Shown in pieces: positions 32,363 through 41,648 of a stretch of 64,000 nt of DNA (positions are counted from its first letter, which is position 1; the number at the start of each line of letters is the position of its first letter). The translations under genes were made by a program, and so were the position numbers. The notes under the pieces were generated by a model that saw only the letters and a program-made list of their open reading frames with translations, searched no databases and was not told where the DNA came from. Source of the stretch: Candidatus Latescibacterota bacterium (lineage in GTDB: Bacteria; Latescibacterota; CBDEFO01); NCBI GenBank assembly GCA_965237525.1, contig CBDEFO010000004.1, positions 384,001 to 448,000 of the forward strand, in the 5' to 3' direction.

Positions 32363-32673
32363 TTGTAACGAACACAGAAACAGTTCCCGGCAGAGAGATT
32401 GCAGAAATATTGGGCGTTGTTCGTGGCAATACGGTACGGGCAAAGCATGTTGGTAGAGATATTCTGGCTGGCTTAAAGAGCATCATTGGCGGTGAGATTG
32501 GCCAATACACACATCTCCTTATTGAGGCTCGCGAAGAGGCGTTCGAGCGTATGGTTCAAGAAGGACAGAAGCTGGGTGCAGATGCTATCGTGAATGTGCG
32601 CTTTGTTACCAGCATGATTGCCTCGAGTATGTCAGAATTGCTAGTTTATGGGACCGCGGTAAAACTTAAATAA
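32359..32673 (+). CDS. YbjQ / UPF0145 family protein (cargo)
   Basis: GRDILAGLKSIIGGEI...AREEA...GADAIVNVRF...YGTAVK. Confidence 0.92.
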   Translation: MIVTNTETVPGREIAEILGVVRGNTVRAKHVGRDILAGLKSIIGGEIGQYTHLLIEAREEAFERMVQEGQKLGADAIVNVRFVTSMIASSMSELLVYGTAVKLK

Positions 32674-32765
32674 CAGGAACGAGGCGACTTCACATAACTC
32701 GGGCTTTACGGCTCACTACGTTTGACTCAAATTGCCTTCGATAGTCTGGAGGATAATTCAATCCA

Positions 32766-33053
32766 ATGCACCTGGGAAAAGTAATAGGCTCTGTGGTAGC
32801 CACGTGGAAAGACCCCAATTTGGAGAGCATCAAGCTGAGGATAGTCCAGCCGTTGAATCATCGGCGCGAGGAGGTCCAGGAGCCTTTGGTGGCTGTGGAT
32901 ATGGTGGGTGCGGACTATAAGGAGACGGTATTTTATGTGACGAGCCGGGACGCTACGCACGCTCTCCCGAACGTATATGGGCCTGTGGACGCGGCTGTGG
33001 TAGGAATCGTGGACAGAATTGATGTAATGCAGAAAGGTAATGAATCGCTATGA
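32766..33053 (+). CDS. BMC vertex pentamer (EutN/CcmL), intact
   Basis: GKVIGSVVAT, VAVDMVGA, PVDAAVVGIVD. Confidence 0.95.
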   Translation: MHLGKVIGSVVATWKDPNLESIKLRIVQPLNHRREEVQEPLVAVDMVGADYKETVFYVTSRDATHALPNVYGPVDAAVVGIVDRIDVMQKGNESL

Positions 33054-33520
33054 TAAGAGCGCTAGACTTGATGTCAATTGCTCTGATTTTCTCCATGCTG
33101 ACTGGCTGTGGGAGTTCTCCGGCTCTGAAAAAGAGGGTAGATGACCTGACAGCGGAAGTGGAAAGGGCGCAGATAGAGAACACGATTTGGAAGGAGCAGA
33201 TAGCGGATCTGGAAGGAGAAATAGAGAGTCTGCGGTCGGCAAATAAACAGTTGAAGGAGAGTCTAACTGAGGCAAAGGCTGAGGTAGAAGCGCCTAAGTT
33301 GGAAGGTGAGCAGGATTTGTTGGAGATCGAATTGGGGGAAAAGTCCGCTATTGTAAAGCCGGCTGCCAAGTCTGAGGCGGATGCTTTGAGGGAGAAGCTC
33401 CTGAAGGAACGGGAGCAGAGGCTCAAATCCGATATACAGAAGGAGATGGAGAAGTTGGAGCAGAAGGTAAAGGGAGTCAAAGAGCCTGAGAAGGAAGAAA
33501 AAGAGGAGAAGAAAGAGTAG
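33050..33520 (+). CDS. Coiled-coil lipoprotein
   Basis: Lipobox LTGC; ATGA overlap with the BMC-P stop. Confidence 0.75.
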   Translation: MIRALDLMSIALIFSMLTGCGSSPALKKRVDDLTAEVERAQIENTIWKEQIADLEGEIESLRSANKQLKESLTEAKAEVEAPKLEGEQDLLEIELGEKSAIVKPAAKSEADALREKLLKEREQRLKSDIQKEMEKLEQKVKGVKEPEKEEKEEKKE

Positions 33521-33523
33521 ACT

Positions 33524-34450
33524 ATGATCCTAAGGCGTTATTTTACAGCTCTCAAGATCGCAGCATCGTTAGGAATTCTGGCTCTCATCGTCTTCAAGGT
33601 GCGTCCATCTGAGATCGTATCTGTGTTGGGGAACATGGATAGGGGTCTATTAGGTTGGGCGGCTCTTCTGTTGATCCCTAATCTGTTGATTCAGCTCTTA
33701 AAGTGGGGATATTTAGCCAAGACACTCAAGCCCAATGTGACAGTTGCGGAGATAGTTTCTTCTCTATTTGTGGGCATGTCCTTGGGGGCTGTGTCGCCCG
33801 CAAGGTCGGGGGAGCTTATGCGTGGATTGTGTATAAAGGATCAAAGCCCGGTCAGAATAGCGGGACTTGCCCTTATTGATAAGCTGTCGTCCTTCGCCGT
33901 GACTCTTATAGCGGCGATATTGGGCCTTATCATCCTCTATCCCTACATTATCGTCCTGCCGGGACTTGCGGTTATCAGCGTCGTAACGTGGGGGTGCTTC
34001 AACGTCGATCGCCTGGGGGACAGGTTAAAGGAAAAATTTCCAAATTTTCCCTTCAAGGAGAGGATATATCCACTTCTGGAGAGCTTTAACGTGCTGAACA
34101 ACAGGAGAATCTTATATATCCTGAGCTTGTCCGTTCTTTTCAACCTCACATTTTTTGCGCAATTCTACCTCTTGGTTCTCTCCTTTACAGATATATCGCT
34201 GAAAGCCGCTGCGTCTGTGATACCCTCCATATTTGTGATAAAGAGCCTTTTTCCTATAACTTTTGTAGATCTGGGAGTCAGGGAGGCCGTCTCTGTTCTG
34301 CTGCTTTCCAACTTTAACGTGGAGGGCGTCTACGCTTTTAACGCTGCCTTTATGCTGTTCCTTATAGATGTCGCAGCGCCGGGAATTGTGGGGAGTGTCC
34401 TGATCCTGACCCTCAAACCTGAGAGGACACACTATAGTGAAGATCGCTAA
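33524..34450 (+). CDS. Lysylphosphatidylglycerol synthase TM / flippase-like domain protein
   Basis: PARSGELMR, LIDKL, PITFVDLGVRE motifs. Confidence 0.85.
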   Translation: MILRRYFTALKIAASLGILALIVFKVRPSEIVSVLGNMDRGLLGWAALLLIPNLLIQLLKWGYLAKTLKPNVTVAEIVSSLFVGMSLGAVSPARSGELMRGLCIKDQSPVRIAGLALIDKLSSFAVTLIAAILGLIILYPYIIVLPGLAVISVVTWGCFNVDRLGDRLKEKFPNFPFKERIYPLLESFNVLNNRRILYILSLSVLFNLTFFAQFYLLVLSFTDISLKAAASVIPSIFVIKSLFPITFVDLGVREAVSVLLLSNFNVEGVYAFNAAFMLFLIDVAAPGIVGSVLILTLKPERTHYSEDR

Positions 34451-34709
34451 GGTCATTGGCAGCGTCGTATCTACGATAAAGAACAGAGCTTATTCGGGAA
34501 GGAAGTTGATGATCGTTCAGGCTCTGGACAGGGATCTTGAACCTCAAGAGGAGACGTTTCTGGCGGTGGATAGTGTAGGGGCAGGCGAAGGCGAGACGGT
34601 GCTTGTCATGAGTGAGGGGATCGGAGCGAGGCAAATATTGGATCTTGAAGTCGCGCCCCTGAGGTCGGTGATAGTTGGAGTGATAGATTCGGTAGATAGA
34701 GAAGCTTGA
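34437..34709 (+). CDS. BMC vertex pentamer (EutN/CcmL)
   Basis: AKVIGSVVSTIK, AVDSVGAGEGE, IVGVID. Confidence 0.95.
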   Translation: MKIAKVIGSVVSTIKNRAYSGRKLMIVQALDRDLEPQEETFLAVDSVGAGEGETVLVMSEGIGARQILDLEVAPLRSVIVGVIDSVDREA

Positions 34710-34712
34710 AAA

Positions 34713-35534
34713 ATGAATTCGGCTTACAGGATAAGAAAAGAGATTTTAGAGGTCTGCAAGAGGATGTATGAGCGGGGATATGTGGTGGCAAGCGAAGGCA
34801 ACGTGAGCGCAAAGATTTCTGACGATCGGATCTTATCGACTCCGAGCGGCTTTAGCAAGGGATTCCTAAGTGAGGATCAGTTGGTCCTCTGCGATCTGGA
34901 TGGGAGGGTAGTATCGGGCGGATTGAAGCCGTCGTCGGAGATCAAGATGCACCTTATGGTATACAAGGAGAGAGCAGATGTGGCTGGTGTGGTTCACGCT
35001 CATCCACCCTATGCGACAGGCTTTGCGGTAGCAGGTATCTCGATCAGAGAATGCGTTCTGCCTGAGGTTATTCTGCAGTTGGGCTCGATCCCATTGACCA
35101 GGTACGGCACTCCCTCTACGGAGGAGGTCCCTGAGTCCGTACGAAAGTACGTGCACGATTATGACGCTCTTTTGCTGGAGAACCATGGTGCTCTGACAGT
35201 GGGTAAGGACCTGATGGACGCCTACTACAAGATGGAGACTGTGGAGCATTCGGCTCAGATCATCTACATCGCCCGTCAGATGGGAAACGTAAACGTCCTT
35301 TCTTCGGAAAAGGTTCAGAGGCTTATCGAGACGAGCTACAGACCCGGAGAGAGACCCGCAGACCTTCTGTGTGAGACAGCGGAGGAGGGCTCTCAAGATT
35401 CCTGTGAAAGTGGCGATCAGGAGGTGGATCAGGAGACTATACGAGAGATAGTGCGGCGGGTGATGGACCAGCTAAGAGTAGTAGATAATAGTCAGCAGAC
35501 AGTAGTCATGGGCAAACACGCGCGTCGCCCGTAG
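34713..35534 (+). CDS. Class II aldolase (FucA-like) with a C-terminal encapsulation peptide
   Basis: EGNVS, TPSG, PSSEIKMH, HAHP, LENHG; DQETIREIVRRVMDQL. Confidence 0.92.
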   Translation: MNSAYRIRKEILEVCKRMYERGYVVASEGNVSAKISDDRILSTPSGFSKGFLSEDQLVLCDLDGRVVSGGLKPSSEIKMHLMVYKERADVAGVVHAHPPYATGFAVAGISIRECVLPEVILQLGSIPLTRYGTPSTEEVPESVRKYVHDYDALLLENHGALTVGKDLMDAYYKMETVEHSAQIIYIARQMGNVNVLSSEKVQRLIETSYRPGERPADLLCETAEEGSQDSCESGDQEVDQETIREIVRRVMDQLRVVDNSQQTVVMGKHARRP

Positions 35535-35579
35535 AGATGAATGTAGGGGGAAACCCACGAGTTCGCCCCCAGTAGACAG
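35508..35579. repeat. GTAG-type REP hairpins
   Basis: GGGCAAAC...CGCCCGTAG and GTAGGGGGAAAC...TTCGCCCCC; relatives at 54882 and 58594. Confidence 0.55.
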
Positions 35580-35738
35580 AGACACCCCTCCCCTCCTGTG
35601 AGATTCCTTCGGGATAGCACGCCTGGCAAGGACTAGACGTTTCAGAAGCTTCCACCGTGAGCAAAAAAAGCAATTTCGTAGACAGGAATTGCGAAGGAGT
35701 GGGGATGCCCTGTATGCTTTCTACTGTTTGAAATCTGC

Positions 35739-36998
35739 TTATATATTTGGGATAATGTCGAAGGTAAGAGTAATTCCAGACACCGATCTTTCGTAGGCTA
35801 TGGCCAAGAGTCCGGAACCTTTATAGAGGATCAGAACATCGCGTCCGACGAAATTGTCGTTTATCGCAGCCTGATTCCCCATGTTGGAGTACGGATAAGC
35901 TCTGGCGATTTCCGCCTCTTTGTCCGCAAGGCCCAGGACCATCTCTTTTAAATTCAGACGTCTGTCAATAGGGGCAAATTGCCTAAACCATACGACTTCC
36001 TGGACAGTGTACCCAGCTTCGACGTAGCGGTCTACGTCATAGTTCCTTCTATATCCTGTATCGAAAGATAAGACCTCTGTGTCGGGATAGAGTTTTCTCC
36101 ACATTCCCCACGTAGTCTGAACTATAGGAAGCATCGTAAGCTCCTTTTCGCCCATGCTTCCAGTCAGATTGGTAAACCCCATCTGAGTCCAGTAATCCCG
36201 ATTTTCTCTGTCATATATAACCACATTGTTGTTGAAGAGTGCTCCTGTGTTTCCGAACTCTGTCTCTGATGCGTCAAAGTTGACGCCTGATGCGGTCAAG
36301 GGACAGTAGGTCACGGATATCTTCTGTCCGCCGACCGAATGATTTACTATCTCGTGCCAGTTCATAATCCTTATGGGGTAAGCTTTGGCATCGCCATTGA
36401 TGGCTACTCCCAGGATTATGTCGTCGTCGAAGAGGCCGAACGATTCATCTGCATTCAGAAAGAGGGGGGAATCTAAAGGAGGGCTTGCATCTTTTGGGAG
36501 ATCCTGAAATATTTCGCCGGGGGAAACTTCTCTGAAGACCAGATTTTCTGAGGATGTTCCATCAGAACTCCATATCTGAGTGCCCTGCCAGAAAGATGCC
36601 CAGGCGAACCAATATGCACTGTAGGCTGCTATCTGTTCGAGCCGCGCTCCTTTAAGGGGGCCGCTTTCAGCTTCGCCTTTGATGTTCCAGACGGTTCCGG
36701 TCTCTTTATCTTTGATCCTGAAGGGAGAAAATGGGAGGACTGCAGATTCGCCAGTTCCACCGTCTTCAACAGGGATCTGATCTACAATATCTCCACCAGG
36801 CTGGGGAGCTTCTGAGTCAGAGGGAGTTTGATTGGTATTATCAGACTCAGGTCCTGGCGACAGGATATCAGTACCTGTGTCTGTGCTACTAACTCCGCAG
36901 GAGATGGAGAGAAAAATAACAGGTACACCTAATGCGGTCAAGAGTAATCTTAGGATCGTTATCCGCTCCTTTCGAGAAGCTACGATCACTCCCCCCAT
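35739..36998 (-). CDS. DUF3179-family lipoprotein, apparently circularly permuted
   Basis: KAYP..IMNWHEIVN, TYCPLT, YDRE...WTQ; lipobox-like SISC. Confidence 0.8.
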   Translation of the reverse strand: MGGVIVASRKERITILRLLLTALGVPVIFLSISCGVSSTDTGTDILSPGPESDNTNQTPSDSEAPQPGGDIVDQIPVEDGGTGESAVLPFSPFRIKDKETGTVWNIKGEAESGPLKGARLEQIAAYSAYWFAWASFWQGTQIWSSDGTSSENLVFREVSPGEIFQDLPKDASPPLDSPLFLNADESFGLFDDDIILGVAINGDAKAYPIRIMNWHEIVNHSVGGQKISVTYCPLTASGVNFDASETEFGNTGALFNNNVVIYDRENRDYWTQMGFTNLTGSMGEKELTMLPIVQTTWGMWRKLYPDTEVLSFDTGYRRNYDVDRYVEAGYTVQEVVWFRQFAPIDRRLNLKEMVLGLADKEAEIARAYPYSNMGNQAAINDNFVGRDVLILYKGSGLLAIAYERSVSGITLTFDIIPNI

Positions 36999-37026
36999 AA
37001 TCGCGCAATTTATGAGCTTTAAATTA

Positions 37027-37875
37027 TTACTCCTCTGCTAATCTATTCTTCAGCCACATTATAATCGCATTCCTAACCCCTTGGATTGCCAACGTTGCGA
37101 TGCCGTGGGCATTGGTATCGCTAATCCCTATGGATCCCCTCGGTTCTGATGTAAGCGGCAGCATGTTGTCGACCATAAATACAGAACCTGAATCATCTTG
37201 CGACGCTACAAAGAGAATAGAACGAGGATTGAAGCTCCCAGCGTCGGCTCCCACAAACCGGGGCGCGATCAGGATGGTCTCTCCTGTACTTGCGCTCTGC
37301 AAAGCTACAGGTGAAATTAAAACAGCGGTCTTGATCCCGCTGAAAGACCCTGAACTTACATAAGCGACATTGGCTCCTATATCCTCGCCGATAAGGGCGA
37401 TTTTGTCCGTATCTACCTCAGGTTTGCTAAAGAGCCAGTCTAAGGCTCCCTTAACATCCAGAGGCGTGTTTTCCAGATCCTGTATAGTCAGGGTGCAAGA
37501 TAAAAAATCACACGAACGACCGCCAGGATTTTGGCTTTCTCCGTGTCCTCGAAGATCTATCCGAAGCACAGCGTATCCGCCCTCGAGAAGCTCAGTCCAA
37601 AGAGAACTTAAGATCCAATTGTCGCGGTCGGAGCGGAGTGAGTGAAGGAGGATCACCGCCGGGAATTTGTCTTTCTCCATCTTGGGAAGGGTCCAGCCTC
37701 CAGATATTGTAAGATCATCGCTTGTGGAGAACCTGACGGTCTTTATAGAATATGCGCCCTCTATTGGAGTACCGCTGCCAGGTGTCAAGGGGCTTTCTTC
37801 ATCGTCTCCACAGCCCCATATGAATCCCATGCTTACGGAGAACAACGATAAGAAAACGAGCTTTCTGAATTTCAT
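37027..37875 (-). CDS. Alpha/beta-hydrolase fold lipoprotein
   Basis: IWGC lipobox, VILLH, DLRGHGES; nucleophile elbow reads GEDIG (Asp rather than Ser). Confidence 0.8.
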   Translation of the reverse strand: MKFRKLVFLSLFSVSMGFIWGCGDDEESPLTPGSGTPIEGAYSIKTVRFSTSDDLTISGGWTLPKMEKDKFPAVILLHSLRSDRDNWILSSLWTELLEGGYAVLRIDLRGHGESQNPGGRSCDFLSCTLTIQDLENTPLDVKGALDWLFSKPEVDTDKIALIGEDIGANVAYVSSGSFSGIKTAVLISPVALQSASTGETILIAPRFVGADAGSFNPRSILFVASQDDSGSVFMVDNMLPLTSEPRGSIGISDTNAHGIATLAIQGVRNAIIMWLKNRLAEE

Positions 37876-37988
37876 AATTAACATTCCTGCCGGTTGTGAG
37901 GAACAATTAAAAGCGGGAGACCCCAGACCCACATGGCTTTTTAAAGCAAGGTCCCTTCGGTAGAGCTTAAGATCTGTAGCTGAAGGTT

Positions 37989-38866
37989 CTACAGACTGAT
38001 GTTATAGGAAATTTCCCCTAAGAACTGAGCGCCCGCTGGAAAATTTAAGCCTTTTACAGGCAATTTCAAAGAAGTTTCTATATTCACTCCCATTACAGGA
38101 CCCAAGATTATCCCCTGCCCCATATATATTATCTGACGGCGAGCTCCGCTGGTGCTTATGCCTGAGTTTTCAGGATCCCTTCCAAATAGGCCTGAAGTTG
38201 TAGCTTTTAACCCTATCCCATGAAGTACGGTGTATCCTATCTCTGCAAGGAATACAAACTCATCTCCCGGTTTGAAGTTGTTAGTGTCGTTTTCCTGCCT
38301 GGACCTATAGCCGATGTCCAAATTTACATATCCGGGGATAGGATAGAGAGATCTTCCGATCTGGAGGAAATACCCCACATCCCATTGTCCTTCGCCCACA
38401 GGCAGTGCAAAGATGTCGTTGTCGAACTTTCCTACCGGGGCTTTGACCCCTATTTTGACCGTCACGACGGCTGGCTCAGACAGAACGTTATATCTTCCAA
38501 AGAATCTTATGTCTCCGAATCCAGCGCTAGATATATCTGTAACTGCTATGTTACGGAGGCTTTCCTCAAAATCCAACCTGAAGTAAGGTATCTGAGTCCC
38601 TATTTCTAACCTGTCGGTCAATGCATAGGATACATCCACTGATAGAGCAGTGGAGATGTTCTCAGCGTCATCGGTGAAAAGACTTAAAGGGACTTTCTCT
38701 CCGTCTTCACAGGTCTCTCTTTCGGGACAGAATCTCTCTTTGTCCGATTCGTGGAAGAAAGAGACTTTAGCCCAGAGACTCTTCTTCGGAAGGGTCCACG
38801 CCCCTGCAAACGAACTATCAGGCAGGAGTAAAAGCTTACAAGGATCGGAGCTATATGGAATCTCAT
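37989..38866 (-). CDS. Outer-membrane beta-barrel 'transporter' family protein; 1-bp frameshift at ~38830
   Basis: Adding one T gives the signal peptide MRFHIAPILVSFLLLPDSSFA-GAWTL; GFGDIR, KAPVG, GEGQWD. Confidence 0.7.
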
Positions 38867-39039
38867 TATGTTGTATTGGTCTTGGGAACTTATCCTTTAG
38901 GATCCCCTTCCACTACGGACAATCTATATTAGCTGACGCACAAGCTGATTCTTAGTTTCAGCAGAGCAGATTAGGCACGCGACCCTTACTCCATAGCGAC
39001 GAAAAGCCTTCCTCCTTTTGGATCTTCAAGAATGATCGG

Positions 39040-39699
39040 TTACTTAGCTCCTGACAGCACCTCCTTTCTCTTTTCCTCTATCTCCTTCATTTTGCTTTCT
39101 CTATCAGCCTTTGTCAATTGGGCCTCTCCCATTTTCTTGCGTATTTCCGTTATATGGCTTGTATCGCTTATTTCCTCTTTGTAGTCCTTCAGATCCTTCA
39201 TGGCTTCGTCTAACTTCTCAAGCTCATCCGTCAAGTCGTCAGGGAAGAGGTCAGCCAGGAATCCCGATCTGTCTATTATCCAGGGGGCGATTACTGAATC
39301 TCCTATGATCTGATCGGGATCATCCGCGTATGCGTTAATTAAAAATAGTGTCACAGCTACTAACATGATCACTTTAGCGAGTCCGACTACCCCTCCTAGA
39401 ACCTTGTCGATCGGCTTTGAGAGCACCCCAAGGATTCCTCTGAGTAGAGTTGTGACCGTCTTTAGGACGATGAATATAATGATGAAAGGGACTCCTAAAC
39501 TTAAAAGACGAATCCCGAGTCCCGGCTCTCCGAATAGCTCTTCTGCCCAGCCTTGAGGGATCTTCTGGATATAAGCCGCTATGATGATTGCAGCGATAAC
39601 GGATACGGCAGACATCAAGTCTTTGAGAAAGCCCCTGAAGAGGCTGTAGATGACGCTGATGACGATTGCTGCGACGATTATGGCGTCTATTTTCCCCAT
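39040..39699 (-). CDS. cvpA: CvpA (colicin V production) family protein
   Basis: SLFRGFLKD, IDKVLGGVVGLAK. Confidence 0.85.
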   Translation of the reverse strand: MGKIDAIIVAAIVISVIYSLFRGFLKDLMSAVSVIAAIIIAAYIQKIPQGWAEELFGEPGLGIRLLSLGVPFIIIFIVLKTVTTLLRGILGVLSKPIDKVLGGVVGLAKVIMLVAVTLFLINAYADDPDQIIGDSVIAPWIIDRSGFLADLFPDDLTDELEKLDEAMKDLKDYKEEISDTSHITEIRKKMGEAQLTKADRESKMKEIEEKRKEVLSGAK

Positions 39700-39847
39700 A
39701 GGATATGCCCTGTCCGTCTGTATATGAACCTGGTGGTTAAATGGGAACATGATACTTCTTTGCCAATATATCTATTCTATGGGCATTTGTCAAGGATTAA
39801 TCTCCACGATGTTACCAAATAACATCCTATTAAGAACGTATTTTGAC

Positions 39848-39876
39848 TTGACAAAAGCCAGGTTATCTAATAATAT
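39848..39876 (+). promoter_or_regulatory. sigma70 promoter of the hrcA operon
   Basis: TTGACA-N17-TAATAT. Confidence 0.7.
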
Positions 39877-39891
39877 ATGGTGTAGAGTATC

Positions 39892-39918
39892 TTAGCACGC
39901 AAGATGTGAAAGTGCTAA
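39892..39918 (+). promoter_or_regulatory. CIRCE operator
   Basis: TTAGCACGC-N9-AAGTGCTAA versus consensus TTAGCACTC-N9-GAGTGCTAA. Confidence 0.9.
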
Positions 39919-39961
39919 GGAGCCGAGCGCAAACACAAAAAGACCAAAAGAGGCATACCTT

Positions 39962-40991
39962 ATGGATGATGTATTATCAGGGCGGGAGAAAACTATCCTT
40001 CACTTTCTGGTCGACGAATATATAGACAGGGCTGAACCCATTGGATCGAGGGCGATATCTCAAACCGGTTCTCTTGGGGTGAGTCCAGCTACAATCAGGA
40101 ATTCTATGGCTGACCTGGAGGAAAAAGGCTACGTCCGCCAGCCTCATACGTCTGCGGGCCGGATCCCTACTGATAAAGGCTATCGGTGTTATGTGGATCA
40201 TCTTATGGGAGATGGGATATTAACAAGCACTGAGAAGTCTTTGATCAGTCAAGCGGTGCGTTCGCACATCAGGGAAGGTGATATCGAAAACATCCTGGAG
40301 CAGGTATCCAAAGCTATCGCAGATGTATCGAAACAGCTAGGTATCGCTCTGGCTCCCCGCTTTGAAAATGGCGTACTTGAGAAAGTTGAGTTAGTATCGT
40401 TCACAACTTATAAGCTCGTTTTAGTACTTAAGGTTGTGTCTGGCCCTATCAAGACGGTCATAGTGGAGTTAGATTCCAGCAATATCGTCCGATGAGCTTT
40501 TGGAGACCGCTGGAATATTAAACGACAGGCTCTCTGGACTTTCAATAGGTGAGATCAGAAGATCTATAAAGGACAGGTTCAAATCGGTATCCAGAGGAAA
40601 TCCTAAACTGATCCAAATAGTAGTTGAAGAGGTTAATGTCCTTTTTAATTTCGTTGGTCTAGGTAGACTCTACCTAGACGGAACCACCAATGTTTTTATG
40701 CAGCCTGAGTTTAGTGATAGCGAGAAAATATCAGACCTTATGAATCTTTTGGAGGACAGGGAGTCCGTTGTCTATATGCTCCACAAGAATACAGATGAAG
40801 AAGGAATCTCCATAACTATCGGTCATGAAAATAGGGCTGAGGGGATGGAGATGTGCAGTATGGTTAACTCTTCCTATGTTGTCGGCGGGAACGCCGGCAT
40901 TATAGGATTGATAGGCCCGACCAGGATGAAGTATAACAGATTGACAGCGTTGGTTAAATACGCGTGCGAACTGACGAGCAGTCTTCTATAG
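39962..40991 (+). CDS. hrcA: Heat-inducible repressor HrcA; apparent +1 frameshift at ~40475
   Basis: SPATIRN, PHTSAGRIPTDKGYR in frame 1; ISITIGHEN, IGPTRMKY in frame 2. Confidence 0.92.
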
Positions 40992-41023
40992 TAAGTTAAG
41001 ATATCGCGGAGGTTGGATGCAGA

Positions 41024-41617
41024 ATGGCAAAAGAGACCGATCTTCAAGAAGAGCAGGAACAGGATGAGGAGACGCAAACACGAAAGGTAAAATCAGACCT
41101 TGCTGACGATTCTGGGGACACGGTAGAAAACACAGAAGGAGAGCAGGAAAGTGAAAAAGATAAACTCAAAGAAGAATTAGATAAGATTAAGGCACAGGCA
41201 AATGGGCATTACGACAGATGGATTAGATTGAAAGCGGAGTTTGAGAATTACAAAAAGCGCACCCAAAAGGAGTTCGCAACGCTTATCAAGACGGCAAACG
41301 AGGATTTGATAGTGCAGTTGATCTCTGTTTTGGACAACATTGAAAGATCGCTAAATCACGTCGAAGATGATACGGATCCGCAGGCTCTCAAGAAGGGAAT
41401 CGAGATGATATTGGAACAGTTCAAGGGTGTCTTAAGCAAAGAGGGACTCCGGACGATAGAGTCTTTGGGTAAACCCTTCGATCCCGATTTCCATGAAGCC
41501 GTAATGCAGTTGGAGGAAGAAGGGCAGGATTCGAGCACCGTGATCGAAGAAGTTGAAAAGGGATATATGCTCAAGGATAAGGTAATCCGCCATGCAAAGG
41601 TCGTGGTAAACAAATAG
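41024..41617 (+). CDS. grpE: Nucleotide exchange factor GrpE
   Basis: AEFENYKKR, FDPDFHEAV, KGYML..VIRHAKVVV. Confidence 0.96.
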   Translation: MAKETDLQEEQEQDEETQTRKVKSDLADDSGDTVENTEGEQESEKDKLKEELDKIKAQANGHYDRWIRLKAEFENYKKRTQKEFATLIKTANEDLIVQLISVLDNIERSLNHVEDDTDPQALKKGIEMILEQFKGVLSKEGLRTIESLGKPFDPDFHEAVMQLEEEGQDSSTVIEEVEKGYMLKDKVIRHAKVVVNK

Positions 41618-41648
41618 CAGGAAGAACCTATTAAACGGACATAGTTGA

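Noticed and set aside
28906..32765. Canonical integron
   Set aside because: No tyrosine recombinase and no complete attC palindromes are visible; the boundaries are host-gene duplicates.
40491..40500. Selenocysteine or readthrough TGA in hrcA
   Set aside because: The downstream homology is in a different frame, so this is an indel rather than an in-frame stop.
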